The notes under the pieces are model-generated. The model searched no databases. It saw nothing but the letters and a program-made list of their open reading frames with translations, and was not told the origin of the DNA. A stretch of DNA of 36,863 bases from Paraglomus brasilianum (taxonomy: Eukaryota). The position numbers and the translations under genes are program-made. Within the stretch, counting starts at the first letter, position 1, and each line of letters starts with the position of its first letter. Shown here one piece after another: positions 22,540 through 34,914 of the stretch. Location of the stretch: positions 1 through 36,863 of the forward strand of contig CAJVPI010000282.1 in the NCBI GenBank assembly GCA_910592345.1. Reading direction: 5' to 3'.

Positions 22540-25500
22540 TCAACCTTTTAAACTCCAAAACACATTGCTAAATCCCTCAACAACAACCTTTCTCTCCGCC
22601 TCTAATTTGTCAAGAGCATCTTTCAATTTCCACTGTCTAAGTTCCTGCTTGTTTTGTGAATCCGTGAGATGATTAATACCCTCGGGCATGCCGTAACCCA
22701 TATACATATGCACTACTGTCATAGCATGAATTGTGTTTGCGAAAAGCTGGTTGGAAAGATAACTTGGCGGTAATGAAGTTGGAGTTGGAGATGGAGATCG
22801 TGCTGGATATGGAAATGAAAGGTTAGGAGAACCGTAATCAGGGTTTGTTGTATCAAGCGCTATTTTAGAACGACTATTCGTAAAGCTGTTTCCATCGTTA
22901 TTATTAAATTCACGCGTGCGCCCAATATCGCTTAGATTGGTCTCGCTTCCGTTCCTGCTTCCAAATCGAAGCTCATTTCCGATGCCATCTTCACTCGATG
23001 TATTGATGGCAGGAGGACCGCCCCAACTCCGCCATTTCTGTCTTTTATTGCCGGTAAATTGACTTCCACTCGCACTCGTGAAACTCATATTTGTAATTCC
23101 TTCGCCTTCATTCCCGTGTCTCGACCAGTTACCGCTACTGGTTCCACCACCACCATTGATCTTTTGGTGAATAAACGTTCGTAGGTATAGATTAAGTGGC
23201 AGTCTATAGCTTACAAGCAGCTCCAGTAATGTCCATGTTGCAAAATCGAATGCTGACGCTGGAGTGAACGAATGAAGTTGATTGTCATCTACGCTGGTAG
23301 TAGCTAGGTTATGCGTGCTTGTATTAGGTGTTGATCCGCGTGACCACTGACCATATTTATATACGCCACCTGCAATACCACTCGCCGGTCCTAGGGTCTT
23401 TCTGATAAACTGAGAAATTTGCAACCACATTCCCGGTACTTTAGTAATCCATTTCTCTCCTCTTATTAATGCAATCTTCAATGCCGTGAATGAGATTATG
23501 AACTGGGCCACCGAAATCCGTGTATTAGGTGTGTTGTCCTTTACTGACATCAGTCGGCTCAGTCTGCTATCTGATTTGATACTAATGTCATCCATCTTGT
23601 CTCCTTTTTCCTGTTTAGTCTCTATTTTCTCGTCCGTTTCAATGTCGGAATTTATTTGATCAACCGTAGTGGAAGATGAATTGAGAAAATTGAATGCAGA
23701 CGTCTTAGATCGTGTGATTGATTGGCTTGTACATGAACGAATGATATAGTCTATGAGGCTAAGCCAATTCGATATGTATTTCTGTTGAGGGTTGATTCGT
23801 GGTAATCGGGGTGGGTTCAACATGAATGTGTTCGACGTGTTGGATCCTGATGCATTCGCTCCTCTGAACGTTCCACTACTACCTGTTGCATTCGGTGTTC
23901 GTTCGTTCACCTCCTTATCTTTATATTCCATAATTATAGGAATGATTACTCTCTCTATAATCCGTGCAGACGGTGGATACTTCTTCAAATCGCTCATCAT
24001 ATCCAAGTCGGTGTATACCATCAAAGCCACAAAGACTTTTACTAAAGAATCAATAAATCTCGTTTGATATATTCGCAAATCCCTCGCATCATCGTCATCC
24101 CAGTCACCCTTTAATGCAGCCGACAAACCAACTATAACAAATTTCTCTTTGATGATTGATGCAATCTCATCACCACGGACTAACATGCCATTGCCGAATT
24201 TGATTATTGCTGTTAAGCCATCGAGTACACCCGAAAAGTCGATTGATTTGTAATATTGGCGAAATAGTGGTGCAATGTTACGAAGAAGAATTAGGGTTGA
24301 CTTGCGCCCTTCATCAATAGGACGAGAGAGTGAATAAGCGGTAAGTGGTGTCGTAAGAACGGGCGAGATGGTGGCTGATGGGTTGATTGAATCAGAGAAT
24401 GAACTCAGTGATTCAACAATGACATCTTTAATATATTCAGCTATAAAGCCGGTTGATATTAAAACTTTCGCATTTGCATAATCTTTGAGCATCAATCGAA
24501 TAATGTTCGAAAGTTTTGAATGAGAAGCGTCGGACAATCTGCCTCCATGTCGAGAATAAACACGAACGAGGTGAAGGAAATTGAGCTTGATAGTTACACG
24601 ATCGTTCTGAGGCCATTGTTTGCCGTAGACATAAGGCTCGGAAATCTTGTAATCAAATGAAGTCGCTGAATCGGATGCAACATCAGATGTTGACGATGTC
24701 ATGGTCGATGCAATAGAAATCCTTGTTGGTGGCAATGTCGACGATGCTGTTGCTGTTGAGGTTGCTGTCCCAGTTGCTGTCCCGGCTCCACTCATATTCC
24801 CAGTCCCCCCACTTCCAACGCCCACACCCTTTCCGCTCTTTGCAAATTTTAAGAATACTTCACACAATGCAGCCACCCCTTCCTCAACTAATATTGCCAA
24901 AGTGTTCGATTCTCTAATTAAATCTCCCAACATTCCTCTTAACAACATTACGAACTGTTCCGCTCTCACCGAACCTGTATCATATGCGATAATTGTCATA
25001 AACAATCTGAATAAATCGTCCAAAAAGAAATACTTCTCCTCGGTTAGACCAAGAAGTTCGGGTTTGAGTTTCGAAGCATTAGCAGCCGTAATTGCTGCTT
25101 TGCGTACGAGCGGATTGGAAAGAAGAACGGAAGGTGATATAGGAAAATGAAGCATAGGAAGTGTTGTGAGTGTTGGAGGGAGATAGTATAAATCATCTTG
25201 AATACCAAGTGAATCCGGAAGTCTTTTTGTGCTCGAGAGGGATTTAAGAAGCTCAAACAGTGACTGCGACATCCACTCGCCGAGGACACGAGATTTAGAA
25301 TATGCTCGAAGAATTAACGGAGTTAAACATCCCAATGATTGAAATACAAAAGACTCTTCATGAAACTTGTAAAATCTACTCCATGCATAGGTAATCGCTG
25401 CTCTTATCGCTTGACTGGTTTCGGATTCACAGTATACCTTAAACACTGCAGGAATGAAGATCGCATACCCTCTGTTGTTATCAAACAATCTATCAAAATG

Positions 25501-28500
25501 CAAGGCAGCATTGAGATATAGCACGAGTGACTGGCTCACTATTCCATAGTCAGTTGAGTGTTGAAGGAGAATTTTATTTACCCCACTAAGAAACAAGGTA
25601 AGTTCCGCACGATCATTGTAGTTGCGATTGAGACTTTTGATAAGAGAATATATTAGATTGTTCCATGCCCGTGCACGTAAAGCGGACAGATGTACGAGAT
25701 CGGTCCGACTTTTTGCATTAGACGTATAGCCATTTGAAGCATTAGTCTCATTAAAAGAATTGATGCCGCTGCGATCCTTGCGTTTTTCATACTCTTTAGC
25801 GTTACCGTCGTCCCAGAAATTCGATCCAAGTCTTTTTTCGTTTCCAACGTCACGCTCTCCATTTCTGCTGCTCAAATCCAATTTGCTACGACTAGTCCAT
25901 CCACTGCGTCTTTTCAGATCGGGTAAATACATCTCGTTCTCATTCTTCTCTTCTTTCTCGTCTTCAACACCCGCCTTTGTCTTTCCTCGAACTCCACTTC
26001 CAAATTCCTCGGAAACATCAAGTTCTTTATACTCCTCAATCCACTTTTTGAAGGAATAAGCTTCCTTACTGAAGCTAATTAAAAAGTTATTCATAAAAAG
26101 AATATGTCCGATTCGAAGCATGTATATGCTAAATATGCGTTTGTCGATACCCAGCAATTCAAAGCCAGTGTTGACGGTACCATCCTCATTTCCACTCACG
26201 ATTCCACTCACATCCATCTCAACAGGATTCCTCGGAAACATTTCTGCTGGACTTCCATCGGAAAACCATATCGATCCATTATTCAACAAGATATGTTCAA
26301 TTTTATTTTTTCTAAAATCTCTAACAGTCATGTCGTTAACCGTCGGAACCAAATCGGCCAACACGGGCATGATATAACACATCAGTCTAAATCCACCAGA
26401 CTTATTATCACGCGCATACCATTTGAGAATCCCCGCTAGATGATTAAACAATGTGTGTGAAAATCCGGGAGGAAACACGTGTTGCATCGAGAGAAGATTC
26501 CGAAGTTTCGTGAGTAGGGCCTTTTGAGAAGAAAACGACGACAAGCCAAGCTCGGAAAAATAGAGGCGAAGAAATAGCGAAGGGTCGTCACGTAGAAAAT
26601 AGAGTATCACCTCTTTGGAAAGGGCGTAGACACCACCATGCGTATCGTCAAGAAGATCAACCAGGGAAAGGGAGAAGAGTGAGAGAAGAGGAAGAGTCAC
26701 AGCGCGCTTTTTGTTAAACGTTGGCTGGATTGCATTGTTCGAGTTTGTAGAATGTCTCTTGTTGTCTCGATCTACAAGTGGACGGTTTCTATTGACTTTG
26801 ATCTTTCCTTCTGCGTAACTAAGCTTGTTTCCTCCGTTGTTTTCATATTCACCGTATGAATTCTTACTCATTCCCATGATTCCGACCTCCGTTCCTCCTC
26901 CATTTTCATTCTCTTCCTGCCTCTCAACGTCTTCTAAATAGAAAGTTGGTAACAAAGATAACGGCGTAACAACTCTTTTCCACCTTTCATGCTCTTTTTC
27001 ATCCTGTTCCTCCCACCCCAAGTCTTGTATTCGTTTTCTGACTTCCGCTGGTAACGCGTTTCCAGATTTCACTTCTGACGTGCGAGCTGAATCGTAAAGA
27101 ATTGTATCGGAAGAGCCAATATCAGTCGGGATAAAGGGAATTTGTGGCACTTGAAAGCGTATAAGACGCCGGCGCGACGAAGGAGAGAGGAAAGGTGGGG
27201 ATAGTATGGTATGGCGGTGGGCAAAGAAAGATGATAAATTTAAAAGTGCTACAGTGCGAGGTAATGGATTTGAGCTAGGCGGTTGGCGGGGAGATTTATG
27301 CAATTAGTTGATAGAGCGAATTTTAACAAATTGTGTTATTATTCTGTAAGTCATCAGATCAATATTTCCTTATATTTTATCATATCCTTACCTGTATAGA
27401 TCGTTCTTAATCAATTCCGATACAATATCAGGTGCTTTCTCACCACACTGAACAAACAAAAATGAAGCTAGTTCAAAAGACTTGTGATTTCTATCGTTTA
27501 GAAATCTATTCCATAAATATGGCGCCATTTGCGAATATTCACTGGATGAAAGGGATGTAAAAACTGCAACAAGAAGGGTCAGAGTTGCTTCGGCAAGAGA
27601 TGTTGGAAATGAGATGTTGGAGATTATGGACGAGGAAGAAGCGGAGAACGAGGGGGAAGAGGATGATGAAGTAAAGCGGTCGAGCAGGAGTGTGTGATTA
27701 TGAAATGATGACGAGACACCCGGAGAGCGGGACGAACTTGAAGACGAGCCAGGCATACGATATGAGGATGAAACATTGGTATCTGATGAGTCCGTCATCG
27801 TAGAAGACGGTGCAAGCATAGATCGTCTCCGCATTTCATTATACGGGCTTAGGGGAATCGAAGGGTTTGATGGAGATGAAAATGCAACAATTGTAGGGAC
27901 CGCCAGATAGTCAGACATTTCGTCCTATATTCAATTAGAATGATGTGTATATTAGACATCGTCACCCAGCCAATTTCTAGAATCATCTCCCATTAAACTC
28001 ACTCTTTTATCCTCGTTCAAGCATAAATCATCCACCGTGGCATAAACCACTCTAATCCTTGTCAAGATCATCTCAACCTCATCCAGCTGATCTGATATAT
28101 GCTGTAACTCTACATCTGCGGGAAAGCGATTACTTTCTCGTTTGCTTACAAATATCTCGCGGAATGTCACAGTTCCGGGCGAGGAGTAAATGAGCCAATT
28201 AATGATGCGAGTAAGCCACCCCGGGCGTGATGCTTGTCGACAAAGAAGACGTAAGTCGAGAAAGAGGGTACAGAGAATGAGGCGCAAGGGAATGGGTATC
28301 TGAACATGCTTTTCCTTTATAAATGAAGAGTAACAAGTTGGTTTTTTTTTCTTTAAAGTAAAATTACATTGAGATAGTGAACTAGTTAGTAAGCTTTCGA
28401 TACCTTCGCTGTAATAAAAATGGCCAATTTCCGCTCAAGATCGCAAAGAAACTTGATCGCCATTTCCAATTGTCCTCTAGCCCTTCCGTATTGCTTTAGT

Positions 28501-31500
28501 AAAAAAAAAAAAACCAGTTATGACAAGTTTCATATGAATCTCACCCTTTCCATTACTTTGAATTTAACTGTAACTTACACTTTGGGACTGAATTCGCAAC
28601 TCTCTGACAGCCCATGCAAATTCCATCGCAATCACACACTGACCAAGAGTGGTCGAACCCCAAGACAAGTCATCTTTTGAATTTAATTTATCACCGTCAC
28701 CGTCCTTTTCATTTGCCTCTTGCTTCCCCTTTGCGTTCTCACTGTCACGATTTTGTTTCTCGCTTCCCGTCTCCTTTTTAACATCTTTATCTTTCCCTCT
28801 ATTACCAGATTTTCCGCTTCCAACATCACTTAACAAAACGATACACAGAAATTCTTTATCTTGCATCCACAATTCGATGGCTGTCATATACCGTCTCAAA
28901 GTAACTATCAGATGCAAATACTCTGACACTCTTTCCTCAGAGTCTGAGGCCACACATGCGAGTATGGGTTTATAGAAACTTGGTCGATATTTGGTTGAAA
29001 GTGATAAAAGAAGTTTGGAAAGATGCGAGACAACACTGGGCATAGGAGATACTCTTAAAAGTTTCTTTGGGTCGTATGAATGCAAAGACAAAACAGGATA
29101 AAAAAGTGATAATAGAAAGTGTTATATAGCTTGTAGCTTTATAGGTTGACAGATTACATTGAATTATACTTACCGCAAATAAGTCTGAAATCGTTTCCTT
29201 TACCAATTCTGTTCCTATACTCTCATTAATACCAAATGCTAAATGATTGTACATAAACACAATTCTTTCTAAGGTATCTTGTTCAATCTAATTGAAAGAT
29301 AGTGACTACATTAGTATATTATAATCTTGATGCATTCGGTTTAAAGTTTCAAACTCCCAGTTCTTTACACTTACTGCCTCTTTCACAAGCATTATTACTT
29401 CATGTTGCCATCCACTCATCCAGAGTCCTTCTACGTATTTTTTTGCCATTGAAATAACAACTGTACTTTCTTCCTTTTTATCTTCCTTCTCTTTATCGTC
29501 TCTTTTATTGGAATAATTGTCCATTCCCATATCATTATTTGTCGTCTTTGAATTTATATATGAAGTGTTCTCAGGAGGATACACAGCAAGCACACACACG
29601 GCAACGCTAACCAATGATCTCACTACATGAGCTGAAGTGTCTTTCAATGTCTTGGGAGATATATTGTTATGTAATGTTTTTAGAATTAAGTAAGCTAGAG
29701 AATGCGAGGGAGGGAGAGACGGGGCTGTGGTGTTTGTTGGTGAAAGAATATGCGGAATAGATGGCGTAGACGGAAGTGAAAAGGAAGATAGATCTGTGAG
29801 AATGCCAAACGACGCGTGGGCAAATAACTGAATTACGTGTTCGTATAAGCTTTTCATAGTCGGATCTGGTGTGACCCAATATTTCTAAAGCAGAATTGAT
29901 GGGTGAGTAGAAGCCTTATAAACGGCCAATAATTTAATACTTTGGAAAGACAAACTATCATCCGATATCCATCAACGTTATATTTACCTCGATCAAATTG
30001 CCCATCACATACCGTCTCAACTTCCCATCTTTAACCAGACAACACTTGACCAATCCTTCCAAAAACACGCATCTGGCCAAACTATCGTATTTGTGTATCT
30101 GCACCCTTGCATTCCCAATCGACATCTCATCCGGATCTATAGATACTAGGGTCCCTGCTGCCAAACGATTCATGAAATTAAGAATCATTGTATGCAATTC
30201 TGATTGGACGCTTTGCTCATTAGACAAAGGAGATGATGTAATTACAAGTGTGTGGACAAATGTGTATATTAGAGCATAAATAGCGGTGATTGAGGTTGGG
30301 AAATAGGAATTTTGGGATGTGGAGTTTAAAAGGGATTCAGCAATTTTGCAAACCCGCATCTTTCAAAGTCGAGGGATATACGTGAGTGTGGGATACATAA
30401 AGAACAAGAATGAATTGAGAATATTGTTAGTAAATCCATATGAAAGTATAAAAAGCATTGACGTCCATTAATTGCACGAACTATCGTAATTGTAACATAA
30501 CCAATAAATAGCAATTGGCTAAAAATTGAGTTTCACGTGATATTATACTCGCAGACGCGTAAACCCAATAGTGTTAGTCATTGCCGGTGATAATGGGGAT
30601 ACATTAAAGGTGGACCAATGAACGCAGAATGTCAGTAAAAAATAGTTGACTTTTTAAGTCTACGTACTCGTATTTGATTATTATGTGTTTCAAGGAGTTT
30701 ACATATCCATTGTATTCTTGTAAAGTTTTCCTAGTAATAATTATAATTATCACGTTCAGTAAATCGATTCGTCAGAAAAAAAAAACGCGTTCACATACTT
30801 ACATTTGGATCAGATGGTCGATAATTTGCTCGTATGTATTCAAAAATATCCAATGCTTGATTACAGTCGTCAACTAAATAATCGTCATTCAAATTTCTTA
30901 CGGTTAATTAGTAATCAATAAAAGTACATTAAAAGTTGTAATAATAACTGTAAACGCTTTACAGATAACAACACTCATCCACGATCCTACTTTACCCCGA
31001 CGTTCATGCCCCACCCCGTCGCACTACTGTCCACATGCTTTCTTCTCTCATTCACTCACCATTCACGGGATAATTAAAAAACGGCCTTGCCAATTCAGCA
31101 AACACTTCTTGGGCCGCTGCCAACTTAACCACATGCTTCCACTTTTTCAACACCTCTATTAGTTCTCCATAAAAATTCACGCCTTCCCCTATACCTTCGC
31201 CACTACCGATCTTCGTCCCCTTCATAAAATCTCCAACAGGCATCTGAGACAAATTTGACAAGTTTAATGCCGGTGTAATGTTGTAGGGAAAGGAGGATAA
31301 CGAGGAGTGGGATGATGGAGATGAAGATGCAAAATAGTTGCGACGAGATAACAGTTTTTCAAAGTCTTTTTCCATTTTGTGATAATCTGATCGTTGTTGT
31401 ACGGTTGTCTTGAACCGAAGAACGCCTCGAAGGCCAGGTCCTGTTCCACCGTCGCGGCGAGATTGGTATTGGGATTTTAGCGATTTGGGAGGGGGTGGGG

Positions 31501-32080
31501 GTGTGATTAGGGTGGACGTCGAACTTGGGGTTGAAAGAACGGAACCTATGGCCGCTGTAGCTGTCGTCGATGTTGTCGTTGTAGCTGCTGTTATGATTCC
31601 TGGTGATCCTGTCGCCAGTGGTTCTCCATCAACCGCTCGATTAACATAATTATTATCCTCTATATTTATAAGAGACGATGTTCGCGGTATCTCTGGGATT
31701 TGATCGACTAGTACAAGTTCTCGAAGTTTCTGCCAGTGAGAAGGTGCCTGCCTCGATTGTTGTGAGAATGTGGTCGAGGTTTGAGATATCGGAACGGAAA
31801 CGGAGGAGGAGATCGTAGAAGGTGTAGAGGGCGAAGAGGACGAGCTCGTTTTTGGTACGTTTGTGGAAACGGAAAGTGGATCAGTGAATTGGTCTTTTGA
31901 GAAATTTTGTTGATTAAGAAGTATAAAAGATAGAGTGAGAAGAAGGTTGAACATGTAGAACGCAGATCAAAGTTTGAGCATGAACAGAATTGATAGAGAA
32001 AGTCAGTATTATATATTATACTGCTTTAATTTCCGGCCGCTTTGTATACCGACAACTGTTTGGCGACGCCTACCTTCCAT
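22540..32080 (-). CDS. UNC80: UNC80-like protein (homolog of the NALCN channelosome scaffold), ~2,717 aa, ~12 exons
   Basis: Modelled exons are 32080-32074, 31893-31056 (donor uncertain), 30896-30803, 30730-30668, 30359-29988, 29884-29375, 29287-29174, 29064-28579, 28493-28404, 28314-28003, 27924-27392 and 27274-22540. They total 8154 nt in frame with GT-AG introns. Five collinear blocks resemble animal UNC80 as I recall it: LWNRFL..ASFLFVQCGEKAPDIVSELI; LRDDPSLFLR; LRNLL..FPPGFSHTLFNHLAG; LFLSGVNKILLQH..YLNAALHFDRLF..GYAIFIPAVFKVY..IRAAITYAWSRFYKFHEESFVFQ; FMTIIAYDTGSVRAEQF. Confidence 0.85.
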
Positions 32081-33519
32081 TCTGTGATGATTCTTTATTA
32101 ATTGACGCTATAAAGGTATAGCGATAGGATTTTTGAAATCGGCACATATTTGAACAATGTAAATGAGGCAGTGCTAGGGATCGTATCACAAATATCCATT
32201 CAAAAACTTGGCTTCCCCTCTGATTGGCTTTCAGGTTTCATGTGCACTGGTATAACTTACCAAGTTTGGCAGAAAATATAAATAACGAAATTTGACAAAG
32301 TTTTCTCGGTGTCGTCACTGTGGGATATTATTTGAAGTTATGGATAGTACCCTGTGTCTCTTGGACGGTTAGGAAGCTTGACATAGTAGTAAGTCAGGCT
32401 CAATCTGACAATACTACTCTTAATAAATAGACCATCTAACCTTCAATACCATTTTAACACTCGCATTAGACACGTAAATTATGATAAAAATTTATTCTAA
32501 CTATCAAAGCATCTAATAATCTAACTCTAAGACAAGCCGCTTTTAAATTTCAAGCTCTAGCCAAGCTCTAGTTTGAGTTCTAATTCTACTATAATCGGCA
32601 AATTTCACCATCTTTTTCTGTTCGTTCTGATTTTTTATTCCTTTACAAACATTTCGGGCTTATACAACACAAGTGCATGATGACCCTGACAATCTTACTT
32701 TCTTTCCACATATCGACAGCGCTATGAATGGTTTTACGTATCCAGATGGTACAGGGCTGATGCAATTGCTCCTGTGTACTATCCTGACAACAGTTTGTAC
32801 CTCTAGGTTACGCCCATTATATAAGTTAATATCCAGTTAACATGTACGTTCTTGTAAGGTTATGTTAATGTTTCCTTTTCCCATGGTGAGCTAATAAAAT
32901 AGAAAAGAGATCAGTATCTTGTTAAACGAAGTAAATATAGTAAAAGTAAAATTATAATTAGTTGCTCTTCAAAATAAGGCCGGCCATCCCTACACATAAC
33001 TCGCCATTACTGGCTCCGACAGTCTCCCTGCCTTATGTTGATTAACAACTTAATAGCAATGCTAATACATGCTAATACGCAAAATTTAGGTGGCGGGATT
33101 TGGGGCTCTTAATATCACTGTATCAGGAACACAAGCATGGAGTGCTTTGCCGACATGCGATTCAAAGTATTAGCCACAAATTGCGTAAAAAATTCAGTTT
33201 AAAAAAATGACCAAGAATTGTATTCGAACGTGTTAGTTACTTTAGCAACTTAGGAAATAATGAATGTAAACTGTACGATATTATGACATTATCATATATA
33301 TCATTGTAACATACACCTATCGATGGTTGTGTTTCTTGTACGTTATAGTATTAGTGTGCATACAACTTATCTATAGTTCCACATAGTGATAAGACAAGAC
33401 TGAAGCAGAATGCCAACACATCATGCTATAATTCCGATCTGACATATTAATATGTCGGTTCCGAATGGACATAAATTCCATCTATATAAATGATTTGACA
33501 TACGAAAATAAGCACCTCC

Positions 33520-34070
33520 ATACAATCTTTCTAAATGTTTCTACAGCATGTGACTGTTTATTTACACGTATTACATGAAGTTGTTCTGTCACTCGCTGTA
33601 CCACATAGGTAATGCTGATATCATATTATAAACTTTGACTTGTTAACCTGTAAAAATTTTATTCCAAATGTTTCTACAGCATGTGCAGCATATTTATACT
33701 TATAAGGCTAAAGCACTTACAATCCTTCCAAATGTTTCTACAGCATGTGCAGAAGACAAGGGCCCCCAAGGTAACCCCTAGCACTGGTAGAGTAGTCATT
33801 GGCTGCTTCACGCCATAGATAACAACATTTATACTTATAAGGCTAAAGCATGTGCAACATAAATAACAACATTTATACTTATAAGGCTAAAGCATGTGCA
33901 ACATAAATAACAACATTTATACTTATAAGGCTAAAGCATGTGCAACATAAATAACAACATTTATACTTATAAGGCTAAAACACCTTACAATCCTTCCAAA
34001 TATTTCCACAGCATGAACAACATTTATACTTATAAGGCTAAAGCATTCCAAATATTTCTACAGCATTCCA
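33520..34070 (+). repeat. Modular non-coding repeat array of two motifs, including 3 perfect 44-bp tandem units
   Basis: The 44-bp unit AACAACATTTATACTTATAAGGCTAAAGCATGTGCAACATAAAT occurs at 33821, 33865 and 33909, with a partial copy at 33953. Motif A (ATTTATACTTATAAGGCTAAA) is also at 33692 and 34022. Motif B (CCAAATGTTTCTACAGCATG and variants) is at ~33532, 33664, 33728, 33996 and 34048. Confidence 0.95.
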
Positions 34071-34259
34071 TGACAATTATAAATTTTATGACTTGAAAAT
34101 TTTTTTTACGCGATATTATGTCATGACGTCGTCATCTAACATGCGAACGTGTCTACTCATACATGTATATATATACCCAGACACTTCCCTCCGTTGTGCA
34201 TGCCGCTTTACAATAACCTCTCTTCCTTCAAAGCACAAATACAACATTATTTTAAATAT

Positions 34260-34392
34260 ACAACGAACAATCCTCTGTTGCCACTCTATATTATGCACAT
34301 ACGACACGAACAATTATCAAACAACGAACGACCCTCTGTCGCCACTCTATATTACTTACATACGACACGAATAAGTTATCCAAAACGAACCC
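34260..34392 (+). repeat. Imperfect 61-bp tandem duplication
   Basis: ACAACGAAC..CCTCTGT.GCCACTCTATATTA...ACATACGACACGAA occurs at 34260 and 34321. Confidence 0.9.
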
Positions 34393-34914
34393 TTAACGAC
34401 ACGGTTTATCGATCACTAGCTTATACTCAGACCCTCGAGGAAAAAAAGGGCCCACACTGATGCAAGAGCGTTTTCAAGGTAAGAATTCTTACTGGGTAAT
34501 CTGTTGAGGGTCTGTAGCCGAAGGTACGCTGCCACTAGGTATAAAAGCCGGATAATCTTGAAAGCTCTCCGGGCCACACTTGTGATTGTTTTTCGTGAGG
34601 GTGCTTAGTAGTGTGTATCTGAAGGGACGCTGCCACTAGGTGTAAATCGTAGTTTTCGAAAGCACGCGGAGTGCAAATTAATCGAAAACCGTTACCGACA
34701 AAAAAGCGTGAGCTTTTGTGGTGAATAGGATACACACGAAAAGTAGTTGGGGACCTGATCGTTAAATGATTACTTGTGTGAACGTTCGATCATCCGCTCC
34801 GAAGGGTCGTCTGATGCTCACTGTGCGCACAGGCGGCTGTGGTGAATAGGTACATGGGACGTTGATGTGAAGTCATCGCAAGCGTGACATCCTAATGGGT
34901 GGTTGCCGCTTGAC

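Noticed and set aside
23792..31649. Many + strand and alternate-frame ORFs (e.g. 24701..25150, 25760..26059, 28649..28975, 31410..31649)
   Set aside because: They are antisense or frame shadows of the UNC80-like exons, with low-complexity translations and no motifs.
31894..31954. Apparent signal peptide MFNLLLTLSFILL at the start of ORF 31052..31954
   Set aside because: It is better explained as the polypyrimidine tract of intron 1. An in-frame upstream ATG exon exists at 32080.
33690..34050. CRISPR-like appearance of repeated motif A with intervening sequence
   Set aside because: The intervening segments are identical or made of motif B rather than unique spacers. There are no cas genes and the context is eukaryotic.
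34450..34830. Hammerhead ribozyme (CTGATG motifs near stems)
   Set aside because: Neither site has the CUGANGA core followed by a correctly placed GAAA and stem II.
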